64,000 nucleotides of DNA. Source: Candidatus Latescibacterota bacterium. Its GTDB lineage: Bacteria; Latescibacterota; UBA2968. The stretch covers positions 192,001 to 256,000 of the forward strand of contig OZ241986.1 in assembly GCA_965204375.1 (NCBI GenBank), in the 5' to 3' direction. Made by a program: the position numbers and the translations under genes. The notes beneath the pieces were generated by a model. That model was not told where the DNA came from. It did no database searches and saw only the letters and a program-made list of their open reading frames with translations. Of this stretch, positions 19,745 to 28,991 are shown piece after piece. The stretch's first letter is position 1. Each line of letters starts with the position of its first letter.

Positions 19745-20204
19745 CACTGAATTTGCCTCCATCATGCAGGACAAATCGAAACGCATTGAAGGTAATATCG
19801 CTTGGGTCGGGGATGAAGATCATTCCCCTGCTTGTATATTTCGAGCCGATGTCGAGTCAGAGGCAGGTTGGCCTCTCTTCATTCAAGGCAGATACAATCC
19901 GCTGGCGCGTACCCTGACCTATGCACTCATACTGAAAACAGCAGGGCGGATATACGGACTTGATCTGAGCAAGGACCACCATAATCCTCAGTGCGATCAA
20001 GTCGGTGAAAAGCATAAGCATACATGGTCTGAAAATTATCGGGATAAGGAAGCCTATGTGCCAAATGACATTACCGCGCAGGTTTCGGATCCCGTGGCGG
20101 TTTGGAAACAGTTCTGTAAGGAAGCAGACATTGAACACGATGGGGAACTTAACAAGCCCCCACCCTTGCAAGTGGAGATGTTTGATGAACACGAATATCT
20201 GTAA
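19731..20204 (+). CDS. Small His-rich protein (DUF6978-like)
   Basis: RIYGLDLSKDHHNPQCDQVGEKHKHTW...AYVP...FCKEADI; overlaps hsdS stop and next gene start. Confidence 0.6.
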   Translation: MSLTNTEFASIMQDKSKRIEGNIAWVGDEDHSPACIFRADVESEAGWPLFIQGRYNPLARTLTYALILKTAGRIYGLDLSKDHHNPQCDQVGEKHKHTWSENYRDKEAYVPNDITAQVSDPVAVWKQFCKEADIEHDGELNKPPPLQVEMFDEHEYL

Positions 20205-20967
20205 AGAAATACAGAGACAGATTGGGGAACAGTTCACCTGTACGGAGCTTGGTGATTATCTTCGGATTCGCACCCCGTATTTGTATCCCGATGGAGACAA
20301 TATCGATCTATTCTGTAAATCCAAAGGTGATACGGTCACAGTAACCGATCTTGGGGAGACCACGGGCTGGCTTCGGATGCAGTCATTATCGCTGCGCCGA
20401 TCCCCGAAGCAGAATCGGCTGATCGCGGATGTCCTTACAACTCATGGCGTTGAACTATACCGAGGTATGCTTTTGGCCCGATGTCGTCCTGACGAACAGT
20501 TGGCTGCGGTGGTCTCGCGTGTGGCTCAAGCGTCATTACGGGTATCTGATTTGTGGTTCACATTGCGGATCCGAGCGGTCGAATCCATCATGGATGAAGT
20601 CGCCGACTATCTGACCGAATGCGACCTGCCGTTCGTGCGTTCCGAGAAACTGTCCGGGCGGTCGGGACGTGGCTGGACCGTAGATTTTCACATTCGTACC
20701 CACGAGCGTAGCTCTTTGGTTTATGTGTTGAGTACGGCGAATCGTTCCGCTGCGAACAGAGTGACGGAACACATAGTGGCTGCTTGGCACGATTTGCATC
20801 ATTTTACGGCTGGGCCCGAGGCGTTGCATTTCGTCTCTCTTTTCGATGATACCTTAGATGTTTGGACATCCGAGAACTTCCGATTGATGGAACAGCTATC
20901 CACGGTGTCGTACTGGTCGAGACCCGATGAGTTCAAGAACGTTTTGGTACAACAAAACGCAGCATAG
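20185..20967 (+). CDS. DUF1828/DUF1829-like protein (possible restriction-endonuclease-like C-domain)
   Basis: IRTPYLYPDGDNIDLF, VTDLGET, LSGRSGRGWTVDF. Confidence 0.7.
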   Translation: MNTNICKEIQRQIGEQFTCTELGDYLRIRTPYLYPDGDNIDLFCKSKGDTVTVTDLGETTGWLRMQSLSLRRSPKQNRLIADVLTTHGVELYRGMLLARCRPDEQLAAVVSRVAQASLRVSDLWFTLRIRAVESIMDEVADYLTECDLPFVRSEKLSGRSGRGWTVDFHIRTHERSSLVYVLSTANRSAANRVTEHIVAAWHDLHHFTAGPEALHFVSLFDDTLDVWTSENFRLMEQLSTVSYWSRPDEFKNVLVQQNAA

Positions 20968-21017
20968 ACAAACTTTTTTGGAGAATAAAAAGAAAACGCT
21001 TCTGCGGAGGTTTTGAC

Positions 21018-22496
21018 ATGAACGGTCAACGTTCCCCCGAGTACCTGGAAGGTCTTCTCCGAGAGCTATGTGCTTTGCCGCACGAGACCGAGTGGGTAGA
21101 ATTTAAGGAAGACAACACTGACCCACAGGAGATCGGCGAGTATCTTTCTGCCCTTGCCAACTCGGCGGCACTTGTGGGCAAAGCCGCGGCTTATCTGGTG
21201 TGGGGTGTGCGCGATCATGATCACGCAGTCGTGGGGAGCAACTTTGATCCCTGGTCCGCCAAAAAAGGAAGTGAGGAACTGGAAAATTGGCTGCTGCGTC
21301 TGCTCGAACCTAAGATTGATTTTCATTTTTTCCCCTTGAGTACCGAGAAGGGGTCAGTCATCCTGACGGAAATTAACCGTGCTACGCGGCATCCGGTGCG
21401 CTTTGCCGGTCAGGAATACATCCGCGTGGGCAGCTACAAAAAAAAGCTCAAAGACCATCCCGAAAAAGAGCGGGCACTGTGGCGCATTTTTGATCAGACG
21501 CCATTCGAGGAAGGCATTGCGCTTGAACGGGCAACGGGCGACGATGTTGTTCGTCTGCTGGACTGTCAGGCCTATTTCGACCTTCTGAAACTGCCACAGC
21601 CGAAGACACAACGGAGCCTTCTTGAGGTGCTGGCGAGCGACGAATTGATCCGGCCTTCGGTAGCTGGTGGATGGGACATTACTAATCTCGGAGCGATACT
21701 CTTTGCCAAAGATCTCGACAATTTTCGGACCTTACGCCGAAAGGCCGTGCGTGTCATTCATTACAAGGGCAGTGGCCGGTTGGAGGCCTTGAAGGAACGC
21801 GAAGTGCCCAAGGGCTATGCCTGTGGATTTGAAGGGCTGAACGAATACATCCACGCGTTATTACCGGAGAACGAGATTATTGAACAGGCTCTGCGCCGAA
21901 CAGTAGCGACGTTTCCAATCGTAGCCGTGCGCGAACTGGTCGCCAACGCACTCATCCACCAGGATTTTTCGATTACTGGCGCGGGGCCAATGGTAGAAAT
22001 ATTCGAAGGCCGAATCGAGATTACCAATCCCGGCGCACCCCTCGTCGATATTGACCGATTGGTGGATGCAGCACCGAAATCGCGCAACGATAAACTGGCA
22101 TCGCTCATGCGGCGCTTCAACTTGTGCGAGGAGCGCGGCAGCGGCATCGACAAAGTGGTGTTCCAAATTGAGTTGTTCCAGCTTCCCGCGCCGTTGTTCG
22201 AGACGCCAGGAGATGCCACTCGCGTCACGCTTTTTGCTCCTAAGGCCCTGAGGGATCTGGACCGGCAGGAACGAATTCGTGCCTGTTATTTTCACGCCTG
22301 CCTGAATTATGTGATGGGCAAACCTGTCACCAACACCTCAATCCGCACGCGATTTGGCATCCCAGACCACAACGCTTCGACTGCCTCACGGCTATTGAAA
22401 GAAGCTGTCGAAGCGGGTGTCATCGCCGTTGAGATGGCCAATAGCGGCACCAGAAATCGTCGATACGTGCCCTTCTGGGCGGCCCAGGCGGATTGA
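21018..22496 (+). CDS. Schlafen/AlbA_2 + HATPase_c_4 + wHTH protein, paralogue 2
   Basis: ETEWVEFKE, IGEYLSALANSA, RELVANALIHQDF, EERGSGIDKV, RYVPFWA. Confidence 0.88.
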   Translation: MNGQRSPEYLEGLLRELCALPHETEWVEFKEDNTDPQEIGEYLSALANSAALVGKAAAYLVWGVRDHDHAVVGSNFDPWSAKKGSEELENWLLRLLEPKIDFHFFPLSTEKGSVILTEINRATRHPVRFAGQEYIRVGSYKKKLKDHPEKERALWRIFDQTPFEEGIALERATGDDVVRLLDCQAYFDLLKLPQPKTQRSLLEVLASDELIRPSVAGGWDITNLGAILFAKDLDNFRTLRRKAVRVIHYKGSGRLEALKEREVPKGYACGFEGLNEYIHALLPENEIIEQALRRTVATFPIVAVRELVANALIHQDFSITGAGPMVEIFEGRIEITNPGAPLVDIDRLVDAAPKSRNDKLASLMRRFNLCEERGSGIDKVVFQIELFQLPAPLFETPGDATRVTLFAPKALRDLDRQERIRACYFHACLNYVMGKPVTNTSIRTRFGIPDHNASTASRLLKEAVEAGVIAVEMANSGTRNRRYVPFWAAQAD

Positions 22497-22502
22497 CGTT
22501 CA

Positions 22503-22788
22503 TTTGTTTGACGGTTGTTTGACGGTTGTTTGACGGTTGCTTGACGGTTGCTTGATAGAAAACCCGAAAAATGACTCGGCGGGACAGATCTGTTTTTGTA
22601 ACTTACTGTTATCAAATCACTTACTGTTTTGCAATTTGTTTGATGGTTGTTTGATGGTTGTTTGATGGTTGTTTGATGGTTGTTTGATAAAAAACTCGAA
22701 AAATGGCTCGGTGGAGCAGGTGTGATTTTGTAACTCATTGTTATCAAATCACTTACCGTTTTGTAATTTGTTTGATGGTTGTTTGATG
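22503..22788 (+). repeat. 132-bp tandem units, each with 11-bp direct repeats GYTTGAYGGTT
   Basis: 11-mer arrays start at 22506, 22638 and 22770 (period exactly 132 bp). Confidence 0.92.
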
Positions 22789-22891
22789 GAAACCAAATGA
22801 TCACCGACACCACCGAGTGCGGTTTGGAAGATTGTATCTGCGATCTAAGGGTGTAGAGAAGCCTGATTTTGACGAAAGTGAGCACGTTAAC

Positions 22892-24580
22892 ATGAGTGAA
22901 AGTCAGGACATTGCGCTCATTGACGAGTTACGCAGTATGCCGACAGAGACAGAGTGGTTGGAGTTCAAGCGCAATCGCTATGAATTTGAACAGATCGGAG
23001 AATATCTGTCCGCGCTTGCGAACTCGGCGTGCATCGCTGCCAGGCCGGCTGGCTATCTTGTCTTTGGTATTGACGATGAGACACATGAGGTCGTCGGCAC
23101 AGATTTTGATCCCTATAATACCAAAGGGAAGGGCAATCAAGACCTGCTGCCATGGGTCGGGGCGGGATTGCATCCGAATGCTGGATTCGAACCTCGTATT
23201 GTTAATCATCCGGATGGTCGGGTCGTTGTCTTCGAGGTTGGCCCCGCGAGAGATCAACCGGTTAGCTTTCGCGGAAATGCTTATGTACGCGTAGGCTCCA
23301 GCAAGACCGAACTTGGCAGGCATCCTGAGAAGGCTCGCGTGATTTGGACGCGCGGGAGCGACTGGTCCGCAGAGGTGTGTGAACAGGCGAGGCTTGATGA
23401 TCTTGACCCCAATGCCCTGGTCAAGGCGCGCGAGCAATTCGTCATTAAGCATCCGGCGCAGGCGGATGAAGTCGAGGGATGGGACGATGCGACGTTTCTC
23501 AACAAAGCTCGGGTTTTAAAACAGGGTGCTGTGACGAATACCGCACTGCTGTTGCTGGGACGGCCGGAATCGTCGGTTCTACTCTCGCCGATGGTGGCTA
23601 AAATTTCTTGGGTGCTCAAGGACGACCAGAATCGCGAGTTGGATTACGAGCACATTGGGACGCCGTTCTTGCTTGCGGGGGACCGCCTTCTGAAGCGCGT
23701 CCGCAACCTCACTGTGCGCGCCCTGCCGAGCGGGACACTGTTTCCTCAAGAAATTACTCAGTACGACCCATGGGTAATCCGCGAAGCCCTGCACAACAGC
23801 ATCGCACATCAGGACTATCGTCTGCGAGGACGGATTGTTGTCGTCGAATTTCCCGACCGCATCTTACTGACCAATGTCGGGGATTTTCTGCCCGGCGATG
23901 TCGAGACGGTCATCCAACAGGATGCTCCCCAGGCTATCTATCGCAATCCATTCTTAGCTGATGCCATGGTTGAATTGAATCTGATTGATACTCAGGGTGG
24001 CGGCATTAAGCGCATGTTCGATACACAGAGGAAGCGTTTCTTTGCGCTTCCAGACTACGATTTGACGCAGACAAATAGCGTGGCTGTGAGCATCCACGGT
24101 TGCATTCTTGATGAGCGCTATACTCGGCTCCTGATGGAACGAACTGACCTGAACCTCAGTCAGGTTATGCTCCTTGACCAGATGCAAAAGGGAATGCGTA
24201 TTAGCCGGGAAGATCATCGCTCTCTGAAGGCCAGTGGTCTTGTTGAAGGCCGTTACCCTAACTTAATGGTCGCTGAATCGATTGCTAAGGTGACGGATGA
24301 TACTGACCGTTACCTCATAGAACGCGGATTCGACAAGCAGTACTACCTGGATATGATTTTAACCTTGATCCGCGAACATGGCCGGGTCAGTCGTAAGGAG
24401 ATTGATCAGGCCCTGATTTCGAAGCTGCCTGATCGGCTGACGGAGGAGCAGAAGCGGTGGAGGGCTCAGAATCTCATACAGGATCTGCGTCGCTCCGGTT
24501 TGATTGCCAATCAAGGAACCCGTGCCCAACCTGCCTGGGTGCTCTCCGACGCATATCAGGGGAGGACATTTGATAAATAA
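22892..24580 (+). CDS. Schlafen/AlbA_2 + HATPase_c_4 + wHTH protein, paralogue 3
   Basis: ETEWLEFKR, IGEYLSALANSA, IREALHNSIAHQDY, YRNPFLADAMVELNLIDTQGGGI. Confidence 0.88.
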   Translation: MSESQDIALIDELRSMPTETEWLEFKRNRYEFEQIGEYLSALANSACIAARPAGYLVFGIDDETHEVVGTDFDPYNTKGKGNQDLLPWVGAGLHPNAGFEPRIVNHPDGRVVVFEVGPARDQPVSFRGNAYVRVGSSKTELGRHPEKARVIWTRGSDWSAEVCEQARLDDLDPNALVKAREQFVIKHPAQADEVEGWDDATFLNKARVLKQGAVTNTALLLLGRPESSVLLSPMVAKISWVLKDDQNRELDYEHIGTPFLLAGDRLLKRVRNLTVRALPSGTLFPQEITQYDPWVIREALHNSIAHQDYRLRGRIVVVEFPDRILLTNVGDFLPGDVETVIQQDAPQAIYRNPFLADAMVELNLIDTQGGGIKRMFDTQRKRFFALPDYDLTQTNSVAVSIHGCILDERYTRLLMERTDLNLSQVMLLDQMQKGMRISREDHRSLKASGLVEGRYPNLMVAESIAKVTDDTDRYLIERGFDKQYYLDMILTLIREHGRVSRKEIDQALISKLPDRLTEEQKRWRAQNLIQDLRRSGLIANQGTRAQPAWVLSDAYQGRTFDK

Positions 24581-24686
24581 AAATTAATAAAATGCGCTTG
24601 AGAGAGGGTAGTTTATAAAAGGAATATATATAAATATTTGTTTTACATATATTTGCCTTTTATTGATTTTTAATCAGATCATAAAT

Positions 24687-24930
24687 TTTATTAAAGGATT
24701 TATTAAAGGATTTAGCAAAGCCGCGTCGTTTTTCAACTTTCTTGACGGTTACTTGATTGACAATCAACGATGCGAGAACCTGTTTCTCATAAATTATTGA
24801 AAATAAGACATTTATTTTACTTGACTGGTACTTGACTGGCAACCGGCGATATGAGATCATGTTTCTCATAAATTATTGAATATACGACGGTTATTTTACT
24901 TGACTGGTACTTGACTGGTACTTGACTGAA
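24687..24930 (+). repeat. AT-rich region with 12-bp (TTTATTAAAGGA) and 11-bp (ACTTGACTGGT) direct repeats; two 79-bp units
   Basis: Units start at 24781 and 24860 (TGTTTCTCATAAATTATTGAA...), each ending in 2-3 copies of ACTTGACTGG. Confidence 0.88.
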
Positions 24931-24990
24931 GCCCGTTTGGAACGATATATTTTTGTATCCGAAAAGCAATCCGAACCGAGAGAGTAAGGT

Positions 24991-27900
24991 ATGAAGAGTC
25001 GGGATATTAAACTAACACAAGCTCAGAGAGAAGAATTGGATGCGCTTGCGGCGCTGCCTGATGAGCAGATAGATACCTCTGATATTCCCGAGATTCCCGA
25101 GGGGTCTAATTCTGTGCGCGGGCTGTTTCAGAAGTCCGCCAGTGAGCGGAGTAAGGCGATGGATGAGTTGAGAGGCAGACGTCCGTCGGTTACGGATATT
25201 TCTGAACGCGGTTTGGAAGATCGCATTTGCGAGGTGCTGGCTGGTAGAGCGGATAAATCGAGTGCGGGTGATGTAGGGGAACGTCCGGCTGTTTATGGTG
25301 TGGGCTGGCGTTATGGGGATCGCGAGGATTACGACCGCGAGTATTGTGTGGATCTGGCGCAGTTGACTGCTTTTTTGATGGCGACGCAGCCGAAGGTTGC
25401 CGATGCGCTGTCTCTGGGGAGCGATAATCCAACGCGGCGCAGGTTTCTCACCCGGTTGAAGGGCGAGGTTGGCAAACGCGGGATTGTGGATGTGCTTCGC
25501 AATGGCGTTAAGCACTTGTCGCATGATGTTGTGCTTTTTTACGGTGCGCCATCGCCGGGCAACCAACGGGCGGTGAAGCTTTACGAACAGAATCGCTTTT
25601 CGGTTACGCGCCAGTTGTCGTATAGCAATGCCAATAAGCGGCTCGCGCTTGATCTCGCGCTGTTTATCAATGGGTTGCCGGTGGCGACTTTTGAGTTGAA
25701 GAATAGTCTCACGAAGCAGACGGTGGCAGATGCGGTTGAGCAGTACAAACGCGATCGGGATCCGAGGGAGGATCTTTTTCGCATTGGTCGTTGTTTGGCT
25801 CATTTTGCTGTGGATGAACACGAGGTGATGTTTTGTACGCATCTCAGGGGGAAGTCGTCCTGGTTCTTGCCTTTTAATAGGGGGGTGGATGACGGGGCGG
25901 GTAATCCGGTCAATCCCAATGGGCTTAAGACCGATTATTTGTGGCAGGAGGTTCTGACGCGGCAGAGTTTAACCGATATTATTGAGAATTATGCCCTGCT
26001 GGTGGAATCTGCCGATACAAAGACCGGGCGCAAGTCGCAGTCGCAAATCTGGCCGCGCTATCACCAGTTGGATGTGGTGCGGAAGTTGCTGGCTGATGCT
26101 GCGGAGAAGGGTGTGGGACAACGCTATCTCGTTCAGCATTCGGCGGGTAGTGGGAAGTCCAATTCTATTGCATGGTTGGCGCACCGCCTCATTGGGCTGG
26201 AAAAGGATGGTGAGACGGTTTTTGATTCTATTATTGTTGTGACGGATCGGATTATTCTGGACCGGCAGATCAATGATACGATTCGGCAGTTTGCGCAGGT
26301 GGGGGCGACTGTCGGGCATGCTGAAAGATCTGGCGATTTGCGTCGTTTTATCAGCGCTGAGAAGAAGATCATTATTTCTACTGTGCAGAAGTTTCCGTTT
26401 ATCCTGGATGAGATTGGCACAGAACATCGGGGGAATCGCTTTGCGATTATCATTGATGAAGCGCATTCCAGTCAGGGTGGGCGTACGTCTTCGGCGATGG
26501 CGCAGGCACTGGGCGACCATGAGGATGGAGATGATGACGATACGTTTGAAGATAAAATTAACCGGATTATTGAGCAGAAGCGGCTGTTGACCAATGCGAG
26601 CTATTTTGCTTTTACTGCGACGCCAAAGAATAAGACGCTGGAGTTGTTTGGCACGCCATCATCGCAGTCCGATGGTACGACAAAGCATCTGCCTTTCCAT
26701 AGCTATGCGATGAAACAGGCGATTGAGGAGGGGTTTATTCTGGATGTGCTGGGCAATTATACGCCGGTGAAGAGTTATTATCATCTTGCCAAGACAATAG
26801 CAGACGATCCGGAGTTTGACACAATAAAGGCGAAGAAGAAGCTCGTCCGCTATGTGGAGACACATAGCCATGCTATCTGGCTCAAAGCCGAGATTATGGT
26901 TGATCATTTCCACGAGCAGGTGCTGGCACCGCGCAAAATTGGTGGGCAGGCGCGGGCGATGGTTGTAACGGGTGGTATTCAGATGGCGATTACCTACTAT
27001 CACGCCATCCGCAATTATTTGAGGGAGCGCAATAGTCCGCATAAAGCTATTGTCGCTTTTTCTGGTGAGACGGATTACGGCGGTGAGAGGGTGAGTGAAG
27101 CGTCGTTGAATGGTTTTCCGTCATCGCAGATTGCCAGCAAGATTCAGGAAGATCCCTATCGGTTTCTGGTCTGTGCGGATAAGTTTCAGACGGGTTATGA
27201 TGAGCCTTTGCTACATGTGATGTATGTGGATAAGGTGCTTTCTGGTATTAAGGCTGTGCAGACCCTTTCGCGCCTCAATCGCGCCCATCCAGAAAAGCGC
27301 GATACGTTTGTGCTGGATTTCTATAATGATGCCGATGGGATAAGAGATGCGTTTGCCGATTACTACCGCACGACTATTTTGGCGGATGAAACCGATCCCA
27401 ATAAGTTGCACGATCTCAAGGCTGATCTGGATGGTCGTCAGGTCTATTCAGATGTGCAAGTCCACGAGTTGGTGGCGTCGTATTTGAAGGGCGATACTCG
27501 CGGGACTTTTGATCCGATTCTGGATGAGTGTGTGGCGGTCTATCGAAGTGAACTGGATGAGGACGGGCAGGTTGAATTTAAGGGCAATGCCAAGGCTTTT
27601 GTTCGCGCATACAACTTCTTGTCTCAGGTGCTTCCCTACGCGAATGTGGAGTGGGAGAAGCTTTCCATTTTCCTAAACTTTCTCGTTCCCAAGCTGCCGA
27701 CGCCGGTTACTGAAGATCTGTCGCTGGGTATTGAGGGGGCTATTGATATGGATAGCTATCGCGCCGAGAAGCAGGCGACGATGCAAATTATGCTGTCCGA
27801 TGAAGATACCGAGATTGAGCCGGTGCCTACAGGCGGTGGCGGCTTTAAGCCAGAGCCGGAAATGGACCGGCTTTCGAATATTCTCAGGGCGTTTAACGAT

Positions 27901-28170
27901 CTTTTTGGGGATATTCCGTGGACCAATGAGGACCGCATACGCAAGATGATTACCGAGGATGTTCCGAGGATGGTCGATGCTGATAGTGCCTATCGCAATG
28001 CACGGGAACATTCAGATGAGCAGAATACGCGCATTGAACACGATAAGGCGTTGGAGAAGGCGATTATGACGCTGCTTTCGGACGATACCGAACTTTACAA
28101 GCAGTACTCCCAGAATGAGGCATTTAAGCGTTGGCTGGAGAATAGTGTGTTTGAGCTGACCAATCGCTAA
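24991..28170 (+). CDS. hsdR: Type I R-M restriction subunit R with N-terminal BrnA-like extension
   Basis: LDLALFINGLPVATFELKN, QHSAGSGKS, IIDEAHSSQ, FTATPK, FQTGYDEP, QTLSRLNR; alternative start at 25159. Confidence 0.95.
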   Translation: MKSRDIKLTQAQREELDALAALPDEQIDTSDIPEIPEGSNSVRGLFQKSASERSKAMDELRGRRPSVTDISERGLEDRICEVLAGRADKSSAGDVGERPAVYGVGWRYGDREDYDREYCVDLAQLTAFLMATQPKVADALSLGSDNPTRRRFLTRLKGEVGKRGIVDVLRNGVKHLSHDVVLFYGAPSPGNQRAVKLYEQNRFSVTRQLSYSNANKRLALDLALFINGLPVATFELKNSLTKQTVADAVEQYKRDRDPREDLFRIGRCLAHFAVDEHEVMFCTHLRGKSSWFLPFNRGVDDGAGNPVNPNGLKTDYLWQEVLTRQSLTDIIENYALLVESADTKTGRKSQSQIWPRYHQLDVVRKLLADAAEKGVGQRYLVQHSAGSGKSNSIAWLAHRLIGLEKDGETVFDSIIVVTDRIILDRQINDTIRQFAQVGATVGHAERSGDLRRFISAEKKIIISTVQKFPFILDEIGTEHRGNRFAIIIDEAHSSQGGRTSSAMAQALGDHEDGDDDDTFEDKINRIIEQKRLLTNASYFAFTATPKNKTLELFGTPSSQSDGTTKHLPFHSYAMKQAIEEGFILDVLGNYTPVKSYYHLAKTIADDPEFDTIKAKKKLVRYVETHSHAIWLKAEIMVDHFHEQVLAPRKIGGQARAMVVTGGIQMAITYYHAIRNYLRERNSPHKAIVAFSGETDYGGERVSEASLNGFPSSQIASKIQEDPYRFLVCADKFQTGYDEPLLHVMYVDKVLSGIKAVQTLSRLNRAHPEKRDTFVLDFYNDADGIRDAFADYYRTTILADETDPNKLHDLKADLDGRQVYSDVQVHELVASYLKGDTRGTFDPILDECVAVYRSELDEDGQVEFKGNAKAFVRAYNFLSQVLPYANVEWEKLSIFLNFLVPKLPTPVTEDLSLGIEGAIDMDSYRAEKQATMQIMLSDEDTEIEPVPTGGGGFKPEPEMDRLSNILRAFNDLFGDIPWTNEDRIRKMITEDVPRMVDADSAYRNAREHSDEQNTRIEHDKALEKAIMTLLSDDTELYKQYSQNEAFKRWLENSVFELTNR

Positions 28171-28228
28171 GGGCAAGTATTTCGCGTAGCAAAAAATAGC
28201 CTATCTAAAAAATTGGATGGGTTATTTT
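28149..28228 (+). repeat. Direct repeat copy 1 (hsdR 3' end + degenerate hairpin)
   Basis: GTTTGAGCTGACCAATCGCTAAGG...TCGCGTAGC...AAAAA.TTGGATGGG matches 28992-29077. Confidence 0.8.
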
Positions 28229-28237
28229 ATTCTGGTC

Positions 28238-28266
28238 TTGAATATAAGGACAAAGTTGGCTATACT
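28238..28266 (+). promoter_or_regulatory. sigma70 promoter of DUF433-PIN TA operon
   Basis: TTGAAT-17 bp-TATACT; shares AAAGTTGGCTATACTAAAT with 12117-12135. Confidence 0.7.
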
Positions 28267-28340
28267 AAATATAAAAGAGTATCTAAGCGAATAAATGAGC
28301 AGGGAAGATGACGCGCTACTGAAATCCGACTGAAAGTGAG

Positions 28341-28649
28341 ATGGCAATGAAATCTTTAGATCAACATATTGAGATTACCCCCGGTATATGTAGCGGCAAG
28401 CCGCGTATTGCTGGCCATCGCATTACCGTGGCGCACATCGCCATCTGGCATGAACGCCTGGGCAAATGTGCAGATGAAATCGCCACAGAATACGATTTGA
28501 CACTGGCCGATGTGTATGCGGCATTGGCCTACTATTTCGATCACCGTGAGGAAATTGACCAATCGATTCAAGAGAGTGAAGAATTTGTGAAGGCCTTCCG
28601 CCAACAGACCTTCTCAAAGTTGGCTGAAAAACTGCAAGAAAAGAGATAA
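28341..28649 (+). CDS. DUF433 antitoxin
   Basis: ITPGICSGKPRIAGHRITV; directly upstream of a PIN toxin gene. Confidence 0.9.
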   Translation: MAMKSLDQHIEITPGICSGKPRIAGHRITVAHIAIWHERLGKCADEIATEYDLTLADVYAALAYYFDHREEIDQSIQESEEFVKAFRQQTFSKLAEKLQEKR

Positions 28650-28650
28650 T

Positions 28651-28989
28651 GTGGCGAAGATTAAGTTCTACACGGATGAGCATATCTCAAACGCTGTGGG
28701 GATAGGGCTTCGCCAAAGAGGCGTGGATATATTGACTGTTCCAGAAGCGGGAATGCGGGGCGCATCTGACGAAGATCATTTGAGAAAGGCGTGGGAAGAA
28801 GGACGCGTATTCTTTACGCAAGATGATGATTTTCTCCGCTTGGCAGCAGCAGGTGTAAATCATGCTGGAATTGTTTACGCATCTCAAGCATATACGATTG
28901 GTACAATTATCTCTGGTTTAATGTTAATCCATGAGGTATTGGAAGCGGACGAGATGATCGGTCATGTAGAGTATCTCATCAGAATATGA
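28651..28989 (+). CDS. DUF5615 PIN-like toxin
   Basis: KFYTDEHI, LRQRGVDILT, GASDEDHL, RVFFTQDDDFL, HAGIVY. Confidence 0.88.
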   Translation: MAKIKFYTDEHISNAVGIGLRQRGVDILTVPEAGMRGASDEDHLRKAWEEGRVFFTQDDDFLRLAAAGVNHAGIVYASQAYTIGTIISGLMLIHEVLEADEMIGHVEYLIRI

Positions 28990-28991
28990 TA

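Noticed and set aside
22307-22885. 192-aa minus-strand ORF with NNHQT repeats
   Set aside because: Translation of the 11-bp repeat array, antisense to real genes; 11 is not a multiple of 3.
22503-24930. Possible CRISPR array or integron attC sites in the repeat regions
   Set aside because: Repeats are 11-12 bp and adjacent; the intervening sequences are near-copies of each other, not unique spacers. No cas or intI gene and no attC-type palindrome was seen.
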